Below are positions 25,723-34,697 of a stretch of 64,000 bases of DNA, in pieces (within the stretch, counting starts at the first letter, position 1; each line of letters opens with the position of its first letter). Source of the DNA: an uncultured Dehalococcoidaceae bacterium (lineage in GTDB: Bacteria; Chloroflexota; Dehalococcoidia; Dehalococcoidales; RBG-16-60-22). The translations under genes and the position numbers were made by a program. The stretch covers positions 17,428-81,427 of the forward strand of contig CAZTMR010000002.1 of NCBI GenBank assembly GCA_964615345.1. The letters run 5' to 3'. A model generated the notes under the pieces. That model worked only from the letters and a program-made list of their open reading frames with translations. It did no database searches and was not told the DNA's origin.

Positions 25723-26754
25723 ATGAGCACCGGCTACGTTTATCACCCCGTCTATCTGGAGCATGACACCGGTTACCACCCGGAGAACGCGCGCCGGCTG
25801 GAGGCGATTGTCTCCCACCTGGAAGAGACCGGCCTCACCGGGCAACTGACCCAAATCGAACCGCGGGCGGCCACCCGGGAGGAGCTTTCCCTGGTGCATT
25901 ACCCGCGGTATATCACGCGCATCGAGGAGGCAGCACGGAGCGGGGGCGGCCACCTCGATGCCGACACGGTGATGTCTGCGCGCTCTTATGAGGCGGGCCT
26001 TTATGCCGCCGGCGGCGCCCTCCGCGCCGTGGGGGCCGTGATGGACGGCACCGTGGACAGCGCCTTTGCCCTGGTCAGGCCTCCCGGCCACCACGCCACT
26101 CCCGGCCGGGCGGGCGGCTTCTGCCTGTTCAATAACATCGCCATCGCCGCGCGGTACGCGCGGGAAAAACACGGGCTGGAGCGCATCCTCATCATCGACT
26201 TCGACGTACACCACGGCAACGGCACCCAGGACGTCTTCTATGATGACCCGCAGGTGCTCTACGTCTCCACCCACCAGTACCCGCACTTCCCGGGCAGCGG
26301 GAGCGTCGGGGAAATCGGCGCCGGCCGGGCTGAGGGAGCTACCATCAACGTGCCGCTGCCGGCGGGCGCCGGGGACAACGAGTACGGGGAGGTCTTTTCC
26401 CGGATAATCGCTCCTGCTGCCGTGCGTTTCCGGCCCCAGCTCATCCTGGTATCCGCCGGCTATGACGCCCACCACCGGGACGAGCTGGCCATGATGCAGG
26501 TCAGCGTTACCGGATTCGCCGCCATGGTAAAGACGATAAAAGAACTGGCGGAACACCTGACCGGGGGACGGCTGGTCTGTTGCCTGGAAGGGGGATATCA
26601 TCTCTCCGCCCTGGCCGCCTCGGTAAAGGCCACTTTTGACGTGCTTCTCGGCAGGGAAGAAATCGAAGACCCGCTGGGAAAATCTCCGTTCACGCGGGCG
26701 CCGGATATTTCCGCGCTCCTCAGCAAGCTAGAGGAGCTTCATAGCCTGGTCTAG
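25723..26754 (+). CDS. Histone deacetylase-family (AcuC/AphA-like) deacetylase
   Basis: 'RPPGHHA', 'GFCLFNN', 'IIDFDVHHGNGTQ', 'STHQYPHFPGSG', 'LEGGY'. Confidence 0.9.
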   Translation: MSTGYVYHPVYLEHDTGYHPENARRLEAIVSHLEETGLTGQLTQIEPRAATREELSLVHYPRYITRIEEAARSGGGHLDADTVMSARSYEAGLYAAGGALRAVGAVMDGTVDSAFALVRPPGHHATPGRAGGFCLFNNIAIAARYAREKHGLERILIIDFDVHHGNGTQDVFYDDPQVLYVSTHQYPHFPGSGSVGEIGAGRAEGATINVPLPAGAGDNEYGEVFSRIIAPAAVRFRPQLILVSAGYDAHHRDELAMMQVSVTGFAAMVKTIKELAEHLTGGRLVCCLEGGYHLSALAASVKATFDVLLGREEIEDPLGKSPFTRAPDISALLSKLEELHSLV

Positions 26755-27662
26755 CGCTTCTTCTGCCGCCGCTCCGGCGGCACCGGGCATTTTTCGCAGT
26801 CCTCCCGGCACGGCTCCACGTGGATGGTCAGGCTGGCGCGCTTCAGCTTGCTCTTGACGTCCGCCTCCAGGTGGTCACACATTTTATGGGCTTCCGCCAC
26901 GCTGATATCCCGGGGCATAACCAGATGCAGGTCAATGTAGCGCCGGTTTCCCACCCGGCGGGTGCGCAGCGCGTGAAAATCCACCAGCTCACCGACGTGC
27001 TCCATAATGGCGGACCGGATGATGTTTTCTTCTTCCTCAGGCAGCTTCACATCGGTGAGATCGTAAACCGCTTCCCGCAGGGTGAGATAGGCGGTGCGCA
27101 CAATCAGCACCGCTACCAGCAGCGCCGCGATGGAATCAAGGATGCTCTGTCCGGTGAGCCGTACCAGGACCAATCCGACCAGTACCGCCACCGAACTGAG
27201 GACATCAGCGAACATATGGCGGGCGGTTGCCTCCAGGGCCATCGATTCGCTGGTCCGGGCCACCCGGTAGGCCCGGGCGGCCACCGCCCCGTTTATCACC
27301 ACCGCCGCCGCCGTCACCCAGATGCCCAGAGTCACCATTTCCAGGGTACCGCCGCTGATGAGGCGGTTTACCGCCTCGTAGGCGATGGCGCCCGCCGCCA
27401 GGAATATCAGCCCGGCGATGACGGCGCTGGCAATACTCTCCACCTTGCCATGACCGAAGCTGTGTTCCCGGTCCGGCGGTTTACTGGCAATCCGGATTCC
27501 GATATAGCCGATGATAACCCCGGAAAAATCAATCAGGCTGTGAACGGCATCGGCGCGGATGGAGATACTGCCGGTGATAACGCTGGCGGCCGCCTTAAGG
27601 GCGATGAGCAGTCCTACGGAGAGAATGGAAAGTCTGGCGACGCCGCGCGGGGTAGCAAACAC
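26751..27662 (-). CDS. Cation diffusion facilitator (CzcD/FieF-like) metal efflux transporter
   Basis: 6 TM plus a cytoplasmic domain; 'SIRADAVHSLIDF', 'HMFADVLSSVAVLVG', 'LHLVMPRDISVAEAHKMCDHLE'. Confidence 0.9.
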   Translation of the reverse strand: MFATPRGVARLSILSVGLLIALKAAASVITGSISIRADAVHSLIDFSGVIIGYIGIRIASKPPDREHSFGHGKVESIASAVIAGLIFLAAGAIAYEAVNRLISGGTLEMVTLGIWVTAAAVVINGAVAARAYRVARTSESMALEATARHMFADVLSSVAVLVGLVLVRLTGQSILDSIAALLVAVLIVRTAYLTLREAVYDLTDVKLPEEEENIIRSAIMEHVGELVDFHALRTRRVGNRRYIDLHLVMPRDISVAEAHKMCDHLEADVKSKLKRASLTIHVEPCREDCEKCPVPPERRQKKR

Positions 27663-27677
27663 TTCCGACCACCCGTT

Positions 27678-28613
27678 TCAAGCTTTTGTCCGGAGCAGGG
27701 GGAGCCAGCGCAGAAAGCGGCCCCATTCTCCTTTATCCCAGACCACCAGCAGTGTCGGCGCGATGAATACGGAACTGAAAGTGCCGGCGATAATGCCGAT
27801 GATGAGCACGGCCACGAAGTTTTGAATAGTCGCCCCGACGAAGAAGAACAGGGCCAGCACCACGATTAGCGTGGTCAGGCTGGTATTGATGGAGCGTCCC
27901 AGCGCCTCCACCAGACTGTTGTTGACTACCGTCTCGAACTTCAGGTGTTCGCTTATTTCCAGGTTTTCCCGTATCCGATCGAAGATAACCACCGTGTTGT
28001 TCACGCTGTAGCCGATAACCGCCAGGATACCGGTAATGAACATCAGGTTAATCTGCCAGTTCAGGATACCGCCCAGGATGGAGAAAACGCCCATCGCCAC
28101 CAGCGCGTCATGCGCCAGGGCGATTATGGCACAGGTACCGTAATGGAGAGGCTTGGGCATACGGCGGAAAGCCCAGGTCACGTAAAGCAGTATCCCCACC
28201 GCCGCCACCACTACGGCGATGGTTGCCGTGCGCGCCGTTTCCTCCGCAATCAAAGGCGATACCGAGGAGAACTCCAGTTCGGCGAGATTGCCGAAGCGCG
28301 CTTCCAGCCCGCTTTCCAGATCCGCCTTGCCATCGAGGTCCAGCTGGTGGGTGCGTATCAGATAATCGCCAGCCCCGGTGCGCTGGATGATGGCTTCGTC
28401 GTAGCCCAGCGCGGTCAGCTCCTCCGCCAGCTGTTCCTGGGCCACTTCCTGCTCGAAGTCCACCGTGAGCAGCGAACCGGCGCTGAACTCGATGCCGGAC
28501 TTCAGGCCCACCGTGAGCAGGGAAATCACCCCGATGAGCAGAACCACGCCGGAGATGAGAAAGAACCGAAACCTCTTACCGACAATATCAAACATCGCTC
28601 TTCTTCCTGACAC
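27678..28613 (-). CDS. secF: Protein translocase subunit SecF
   Basis: 'GIEFSAGSLL', 'GYSVNNTVVIFDRIREN'. Overlaps the secD end; alternative start ATG 28595. Confidence 0.9.
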   Translation of the reverse strand: MSGRRAMFDIVGKRFRFFLISGVVLLIGVISLLTVGLKSGIEFSAGSLLTVDFEQEVAQEQLAEELTALGYDEAIIQRTGAGDYLIRTHQLDLDGKADLESGLEARFGNLAELEFSSVSPLIAEETARTATIAVVVAAVGILLYVTWAFRRMPKPLHYGTCAIIALAHDALVAMGVFSILGGILNWQINLMFITGILAVIGYSVNNTVVIFDRIRENLEISEHLKFETVVNNSLVEALGRSINTSLTTLIVVLALFFFVGATIQNFVAVLIIGIIAGTFSSVFIAPTLLVVWDKGEWGRFLRWLPLLRTKA

Positions 28614-29913
28614 TGACGCTGAACAGCGGGGTGTGCCTCGATAGGGGAGTACCCACGAACAGGCGCAGCAGGGTACGGGTAACCACTATGGCAGTAAACA
28701 TACTCACCGTGATGCCGATGCCCAGGGTAATGGCAAAGCCTTTCACCGGCGCGCCGCCGACGATGCTGTTACCCACCCAGAACAGGATTATGCAGACGAT
28801 AATGGTGGTGATATTGCTGTCCCGGATGGCCGTCCAGGCCCGGTTAAAGCCGGCCTCGATGGCAGCGCCCAGGGTCCGGCCGGCCCTGATTTCCTCTTTC
28901 ATCCGCTCGAAAATGAGCACGTTGGCGTCTACCGCCATACCGAGGGAGACGATAAAGCCACCCAGCCCGGCCAGGGTGAGGGTTACCGGCCAGAGCTTGA
29001 AGATGGCCAGTATCAGCGCCCCGTAGAATATCAGCGCCAGGCTGGCCAGCACGCCGGAGAGACGGTAATAGGCCATCATAAACAGCATCACCAGGATTAT
29101 CCCGATTATCCCCGCCTCCACACTCATATCGATAAAGTCAGCCCCCAGAATGGGGGACACCGTCTGGTCATAGATGGGATTCAGCGGCAGCGGAATGCGC
29201 CCGGCGTTCAGCAACTGGGAAAGCTCGGTGGCTTCTTCCAGGCTCAGACCGTCTATCTGTCCGCGCTCGGTAATCCGGGAGCGCACCACGGGGGCAATCG
29301 GCTGGCCCTCGTCACCCAGCAGCGGCTCACCGCTCAGGAAAATACCCAGCGGCTCGCCGATAAGGCGTCCGGTAATCTGGCCGGAAAGCTGGCTCCCTTC
29401 CTCGTTCCATTCGAAAATCAGCAGCACCCGGCCAAAGTCATCCGTGGTGACGTAGGTGTTCTCTTCAAAGTAGGCGCTGGTGAGCTCTTTCTTCTCGCCG
29501 TCGACGATGCCGGTGGCCGGCACCCATTCCACCCCCCCGTCCGGGGTCTCTTCCAGCTCCCGGAACTCGAGCAGCGCCGTCTCGCCGATGAGGCGTTTGG
29601 CTTTCTCCGTCTCGCTGATACCGGGCAGCTCCACCAGGATGCGGTTCTCGCCCTGCTTCTGAATTACCGGTTCGGTGACACCGAAGACATCGATTCTCTT
29701 CTCGATAACGGCAATGGCGCCGTCAATAGCCTCTTCTTCCGCACCCGGCTCAATGGCAGAAAAGTCAGCCTGGTAGACCATATGGATACCGCCCTGCAGG
29801 TCAAGCCCCAGCCGCATCCCCTCGCGTCCGAACAGGGGATTAAACAGGGCGGTAACGGAAAAGGCAAAGATGGCCAGTATGATTACCAGTACCAGTGTGT
29901 TTTTGCGCATCAA
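28588..29913 (-). CDS. secD: Protein translocase subunit SecD
   Basis: 'LGLDLQGGIHMVYQAD', 'GMAVDANVLIFERMKEE'. Confidence 0.9.
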   Translation of the reverse strand: MMRKNTLVLVIILAIFAFSVTALFNPLFGREGMRLGLDLQGGIHMVYQADFSAIEPGAEEEAIDGAIAVIEKRIDVFGVTEPVIQKQGENRILVELPGISETEKAKRLIGETALLEFRELEETPDGGVEWVPATGIVDGEKKELTSAYFEENTYVTTDDFGRVLLIFEWNEEGSQLSGQITGRLIGEPLGIFLSGEPLLGDEGQPIAPVVRSRITERGQIDGLSLEEATELSQLLNAGRIPLPLNPIYDQTVSPILGADFIDMSVEAGIIGIILVMLFMMAYYRLSGVLASLALIFYGALILAIFKLWPVTLTLAGLGGFIVSLGMAVDANVLIFERMKEEIRAGRTLGAAIEAGFNRAWTAIRDSNITTIIVCIILFWVGNSIVGGAPVKGFAITLGIGITVSMFTAIVVTRTLLRLFVGTPLSRHTPLFSVSVRKKSDV

Positions 29914-31395
29914 CTATCTACCTGAACTCTTCTCATTACCGGGAAAGGATGACGCCAGCAACCGCTCCAGATAAGCCAGGGCTTCTTCCCTTGTGGACAC
30001 CTCTCCGCCGGCCTGCGCCTCGCTCACCGCCCCCAGCAGCTCCCCGATGCGCGGGCCCGGATTAAGTCCGAAACACTCCATTATATCATATCCGTCAACA
30101 ATTTTGGGGGGGACCGCCGGCGCTTCTTCGGCAAAACGCCGCTCCAGCACATAGGCCACCGTGGCCGTATGTTCCCGCCAGCCGGACTCCCGCAGGTCAG
30201 GCCCCCGTGTTGCCAGGTGGTCTGCCAAGCTGAGAAAAAGGATGTCTATGCCCGCTTCCCCGGTATCACGGAAGTAGCGGTAAATCGCCCGGCGGGAGGG
30301 AAGTCCCTCCTGGCTCATCTGGGTAGGCCGCAAATGGTTTCGCACCATCATTTCCGCCAGCTTTATCTCCCGGCTGCTAAAGCGCAGCCTCTCCAGAATA
30401 CCGGCCACGGTTCTGGCTCCCTCCCCGGGGTGACCCAGGAAACGCATCCGTCCGGAGGCATCAATAGCCCTGGTCTGGGGCTTGGCGATGTCATGGAGCA
30501 GCGCGGCCAGCTTGAGCATGGTCCCCCGGGTGCTGCCGCGGCTGACCTCCCGGTTAAAATGCGCCGCCAGTTCATCATTCCAGGGAACCGCCGCCAGGGC
30601 CTCCTCGCCGGCGTACTCCCACTCCCCCTGCCGGAGCAGGAACTCCGCGGCGCCTGCCGTCTTTATGGAGTGCTCCAGGACGCTCCAGTAATGCTCCCCG
30701 GGCTGTTCCACACCGGCCGCCGGCGCCAGCTCCGGAACTACCGCCCGGAGCAGCTTCAGCTCGTCGAGGTAGGCCAGGAAGCGGTCCGCCCCGGTGCCGG
30801 CCAGCAGCCGGAGCAGCTCGTCCCTGACCCGCTCTCCGGCGACATCTCCAATCAAACCGGCGGACTGTTTGAGCAGTCTTTCCGTCTCGCTGTCAATATT
30901 GAAACCGAGCTCCGCGGCCAGGCGCACCGCCCGGAGCAGCCGGAGCGGGTCCGCCCGGAAAGCCTCCGGGGAAACCGCCCGGATGAGCTTGCGCGCCAGG
31001 TCGTCCTGCCCGTGAAAAGGGTCTATCAGCGCCGGTGACCGCGGCCGGCGTGCAAACTCCCCGATGTCTACCGCCATAGCGTTAATGGTAAAATCGCGCC
31101 GCGCCAGGTCAGCGTCTATGCCGTCCCGGAAAGTAGTAAAATCAAGCAGCAGCTTCTCACCGGACGGCGTTACCCGTTCCCCGAGCACCACCCTGGCTAT
31201 CCGGTGCGCGCTGTCCAGGAGCACGTACCGGCCGCCAACATCCGCGGCCACTCTCCGCGCCAGCTCCGGCGCATCCGCGTCCACGGCGATGTCTATATCC
31301 GCCGTCTCCCGCTTCAGCAGCCGGTCTCGCACGAAGCCGCCCGCCAGGTACCCTTTTACCCCCTGCTGAATGAGAAAACGGTTGACTCTGGTCAT
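29914..31395 (-). CDS. cca: CCA-adding tRNA nucleotidyltransferase / poly(A) polymerase family with HD domain
   Basis: 'YLAGGFVRDRLL...DIDIAV' (nucleotidyltransferase), 'RRDFTINAMA', 'LLHDIAKP' (HD). Start set at ATG 31395 (GGAG SD); the track's longer start is 31473. Confidence 0.8.
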   Translation of the reverse strand: MTRVNRFLIQQGVKGYLAGGFVRDRLLKRETADIDIAVDADAPELARRVAADVGGRYVLLDSAHRIARVVLGERVTPSGEKLLLDFTTFRDGIDADLARRDFTINAMAVDIGEFARRPRSPALIDPFHGQDDLARKLIRAVSPEAFRADPLRLLRAVRLAAELGFNIDSETERLLKQSAGLIGDVAGERVRDELLRLLAGTGADRFLAYLDELKLLRAVVPELAPAAGVEQPGEHYWSVLEHSIKTAGAAEFLLRQGEWEYAGEEALAAVPWNDELAAHFNREVSRGSTRGTMLKLAALLHDIAKPQTRAIDASGRMRFLGHPGEGARTVAGILERLRFSSREIKLAEMMVRNHLRPTQMSQEGLPSRRAIYRYFRDTGEAGIDILFLSLADHLATRGPDLRESGWREHTATVAYVLERRFAEEAPAVPPKIVDGYDIMECFGLNPGPRIGELLGAVSEAQAGGEVSTREEALAYLERLLASSFPGNEKSSGR

Positions 31396-31536
31396 TAGCT
31401 CCGGAATACCCGCTCTGGTAGACAGTGCCAACGCCACCACCCCTCTAAAAGATGCGTACGTTTCACTATACAACGCACCGCTCGTTTTATCAAACCTGAC
31501 GGGCTGTTTCTGGTTTTATCCGGCTCTGGTCTCTGG

Positions 31537-31610
31537 CGTCATTGCAAAGAATCGGGAGACCCGGCGGCAATCCAGATTCGATAGAGATTGCTCCGCTGCG
31601 CTCGCAATGA
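31537..31610. repeat. REP-like nested inverted repeat (hairpin element)
   Basis: GTCATTGC (31537-44) pairs with GCAATGAC (31603-10). An inner hairpin pairs GCAATC (31566-71) with GATTGC (31585-90). The minus strand reads GTCATTGCGAGCGCAGCGGAGCAATCTC. Confidence 0.5.
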
Positions 31611-31700
31611 CAAACGGAAAAACAACGGCACGCAAATAAAGCCCTGTTTTCCACCACTTGCAACCCGCCCGGCAGTAGCCCATAATTACTTTCAGGGCTT

Positions 31701-32486
31701 ATGGACAGAGAGGTACTGAAAAACCGGGAGAACCGGGTGGCAGAGCTTATCACCGGCGCGGCCAGGGTGGTCTTCTTTACCGGCGCCGGAATCAGCACGG
31801 AATCAGGCATCCCTGATTTCCGCAGCCCCGGCGGTATCTGGGAGCAGCTGGACCCGGAAGACTTCACCTACCAGAAGTTTCTCAGCAGCGCCGAATCACG
31901 GAAAAAACACTGGCGGCTTCTCTGGGGCGGACGCATCGTTGCGGAAGCCCGCCCCAACCCCGCCCACATCGCCATCGCCGAGCTTTACCGCATGGGCAAA
32001 GCAGACTGCGTCATCACCCAGAACGTAGACAACCTGCACCAGCAGGCCGGCGTCCCCGGGGACAGGATATTCGAGCTGCACGGCAATATGCAGTCGGTGG
32101 TATGCCTGAACTGCGGCCGGCGCTTTTCCCTGCCGCGCATCAGGGCCCGGCTGGACAGCGGGGAAGAAACCCCTGACTGCGAGGTCTGCGGCGGCATATT
32201 GAAGCCGGATGTGGTCATGTTCGGCGAGGCGCTGCCGGAAGCGGTGCTCCGGGAAGCCGCCGCCCGCTCCCGCGAGTGTGACCTGTTTATCGTCGTCGGC
32301 TCCACGCTGGTGGTCTATCCGGCCGCCTATCTGCCCGCTTATGCCCTGGACGCGGGCGCCCGGCTGGTCATCATAAACCTCAGCCCCACCCCCTACGACG
32401 ATGACGCCGATGTCCTCATCCCGGCCCGGGCGGGAGAGACGATGAGCGCCATAGCCGAAAAGGTAAAAGCACAAACCGACGGTTGA
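31701..32486 (+). CDS. cobB: NAD-dependent protein deacylase, Sir2 family (CobB-type)
   Basis: 'FFTGAGISTESGIPDFRS', 'VITQNVDNLHQ', Zn ribbon 'CLNCG...CEVCGG', 'VVGSTLVVYPA'. Confidence 0.9.
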   Translation: MDREVLKNRENRVAELITGAARVVFFTGAGISTESGIPDFRSPGGIWEQLDPEDFTYQKFLSSAESRKKHWRLLWGGRIVAEARPNPAHIAIAELYRMGKADCVITQNVDNLHQQAGVPGDRIFELHGNMQSVVCLNCGRRFSLPRIRARLDSGEETPDCEVCGGILKPDVVMFGEALPEAVLREAAARSRECDLFIVVGSTLVVYPAAYLPAYALDAGARLVIINLSPTPYDDDADVLIPARAGETMSAIAEKVKAQTDG

Positions 32487-32557
32487 TTTGCTCCGGTGGT
32501 CTGTTCTATAATTTGACCTGCGTGTGGAAGGGAGCCAGACTCTGGCGCGCGCCAGTA

Positions 32558-33532
32558 ATGAAGCAGATGGGATTAAGCGGTAAAATACTCGCCGGAGACG
32601 TTTCCGCCGCCGCCCGGCTCATCAGCGGCATCGAAGACGAAGCGCCAGAAGCTCTCGCCGAGGTGAGCCAGCTTTATCCCCGGACCGGTAACGCCTACGT
32701 AATCGGCATTACCGGGTCTCCCGGCTCCGGCAAGAGCACGCTCACCGGTAACCTCGTCTCCCACTTCCGGACCAGGGAACTGACCGTGGGCGTGATTGCC
32801 GTGGACCCCACCAGCGCGTTTACCGGCGGGGCGATTCTGGGTGACCGGGTGAGGATGCAGGCACACGGCGCGGATAAGGGGGTTTTCATCCGCAGTCTGG
32901 CCACCCGCGGCTGGGTGGGCGGGCTGGCGCGGGCTACCCTCGGCGTCATCCGGGTAATGGATGCCATGGGCAAGGACATTATCCTGGTGGAAACGGTGGG
33001 TTCCGGACAGATAGAGGTGGATATCACCCGGGCGGCAGACAGCACCATCATCGTCCTGGTGCCGGGCGCCGGTGACGAAATCCAGATGATGAAGGCGGGC
33101 ATCCTGGAAGCCGCCGATATCTTCGTCATCAACAAGGCCGACCGTGGCGGTGCGGACGTAATGAAGACAGACCTGGAGACCATGCTCAAGGCAAAGGCAG
33201 CTTCTCCGGATACCTGGCAGCCGGACATAGTCCTGACCGAAGCCATCTATGACCGGGGTACCGCCGGGCTGGCCGCAGAAATCTTCCGCCACCGTGACTA
33301 CCTGACTTCGAGAGGTGAGCTGACCGCGCGCCGCAGAGCCAGGATTAAACTGGAGCTTATGGAGACGATAGAAGGTTTTCTCAGAGACTATATCCACGAT
33401 ATTGATGCAGGTGATTACCTGGAAAAGCTGGTAGACACTTTGATGGAGAGAAAGACGGACCCCCGCTCCGCCGCCCGGGAAATCACCGGACGCCTGGCCG
33501 GAGACCTGCGCCGCCGGCGCGGCGGCGAATAG
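32558..33532 (+). CDS. meaB: MeaB/ArgK-type G3E GTPase (B12-mutase chaperone)
   Basis: 'GITGSPGSGKSTL' (P-loop), 'VDPTSAFTGGAILGDR', 'ILVETVGSGQ', 'INKADR'. Start set at ATG 32558. Confidence 0.85.
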   Translation: MKQMGLSGKILAGDVSAAARLISGIEDEAPEALAEVSQLYPRTGNAYVIGITGSPGSGKSTLTGNLVSHFRTRELTVGVIAVDPTSAFTGGAILGDRVRMQAHGADKGVFIRSLATRGWVGGLARATLGVIRVMDAMGKDIILVETVGSGQIEVDITRAADSTIIVLVPGAGDEIQMMKAGILEAADIFVINKADRGGADVMKTDLETMLKAKAASPDTWQPDIVLTEAIYDRGTAGLAAEIFRHRDYLTSRGELTARRRARIKLELMETIEGFLRDYIHDIDAGDYLEKLVDTLMERKTDPRSAAREITGRLAGDLRRRRGGE

Positions 33533-33547
33533 CGGAAGGAGAAGAGA

Positions 33548-34693
33548 ATGGACTTCACCTTGAATGAAGAGCAGAAAATGCTGCGGACGATGGTGCGAGA
33601 CTTTGCCGAGAAGGAGCTGGAGCCGATTGCGGCGCAGATAGACGAAGACGCCGCTTTCCCGGCGGAGAGCGTCCGGAAAATGGCGGAGCTCGGCCTGATG
33701 GGTATTCCCTTTCCGGAAGAATACGGCGGCATGGGCAGCGGTATGCTCAGCTTCGCCATCGCCGTGGAGGAAATCGCCCGCGTCTGTGCCTCCACCTCGG
33801 TTATTTACTTGGTCACCGCCGGGCTCGCCGCTCAGCCCATTTACCACTTCGGTAGCGAGGAGCAGAGACGCCGCTTCGTGCCGCCGCTCGCCGGCGGAGA
33901 GAAGCTCTCCTGCTTTGCCCTTACCGAGACCGGCGCCGGCAGTGACCCGGCGGCCATGGAAACCACCGCTACCCGCAAAGACGGCGGCTACCTGCTCAAC
34001 GGCAGCAAGATTTTCATCACCAACGGCGCCGAGGCCGATATCATACTGGTCTTTGCCACCATGGACAAATCACTGCGCCACCGCGGCATCACCGCTTTCG
34101 TCGTGGAGAAAGACAGCCCGGGCTTTTCCGTGGGCAAGCATGAAAACAAGCTGGGGATAAGGGCCTCCTCCACCGTGGAGCTGGTCTTCGAAGACTGCTA
34201 CGTGCCGGAGGAAAACCGCATCGGCAACGAAGGCGACGGCTTCAAAATCGCCCTGAACGCCATCGATGAAAGCAGGGTAATCGTCGCCGCGCAGGCGCTG
34301 GGCATCGCCCAGGCCGCCTACGAGAAGGCACTTGCCTACGCCAGGGAGCGCCAGCAGTTCGGCCAGCCTATCGCCAGTTTCCAGGCCATCCAGTGGATGC
34401 TGGCCGATATGGCCACCCGGATTGACGCCGCCCGCATGCTGACCTACCGCGCCGCCTGCCTCCAGGACAGCGACCAGTTCTTCGTCAAAGAGGCGGCCAT
34501 GGCCAAGGTCTTTGCCGCCGAGACCGCCATGTGGACCGCCACCAGCGCCATCCAGATTTACGGCGGCTACGGTTACAGCAAGGAGTACCCCCTGGAACGC
34601 TACTTCCGCGACGCCAAGATAACCGAAATCTACGAGGGCACTTCCGAGATGCAGCGGCTGACCATCGCCCGCCAGATTATTCGTGAGGGATGA
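33548..34693 (+). CDS. Acyl-CoA dehydrogenase (short/branched-chain type)
   Basis: '[15 protein letters not shown]', '[10 protein letters not shown]', '[34 protein letters not shown]' (catalytic Glu context). Confidence 0.9.
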   Translation: MDFTLNEEQKMLRTMVRDFAEKELEPIAAQIDEDAAFPAESVRKMAELGLMGIPFPEEYGGMGSGMLSFAIAVEEIARVCASTSVIYLVTAGLAAQPIYHFGSEEQRRRFVPPLAGGEKLSCFALTETGAGSDPAAMETTATRKDGGYLLNGSKIFITNGAEADIILVFATMDKSLRHRGITAFVVEKDSPGFSVGKHENKLGIRASSTVELVFEDCYVPEENRIGNEGDGFKIALNAIDESRVIVAAQALGIAQAAYEKALAYARERQQFGQPIASFQAIQWMLADMATRIDAARMLTYRAACLQDSDQFFVKEAAMAKVFAAETAMWTATSAIQIYGGYGYSKEYPLERYFRDAKITEIYEGTSEMQRLTIARQIIREG

Positions 34694-34697
34694 GGAT

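Noticed and set aside
31545-31570. 'AATCGGGAGACCCGGCGGCAATCC' resembles part of the cobalamin-riboswitch B12 box and lies upstream of the cobB-meaB-mutase genes.
   Set aside because: The match is imperfect (an extra base relative to GGAGACCKGCC). No GCCACTG core or other conserved cobalamin-riboswitch helices are visible. The sequence is better explained as part of a REP-like hairpin. A cmsearch with RF00174 would settle it.
31701-32486. The Sir2-family gene as a possible defence component (Thoeris ThsA-like, or a Sir2-HerA partner of the herA at 21-22 kb).
   Set aside because: It has the canonical compact CobB-type sirtuin motifs with a Zn ribbon and no extra SLOG/TIR/helicase domain. It is about 9 kb and many housekeeping genes away from herA, and it is oriented with the meaB operon.
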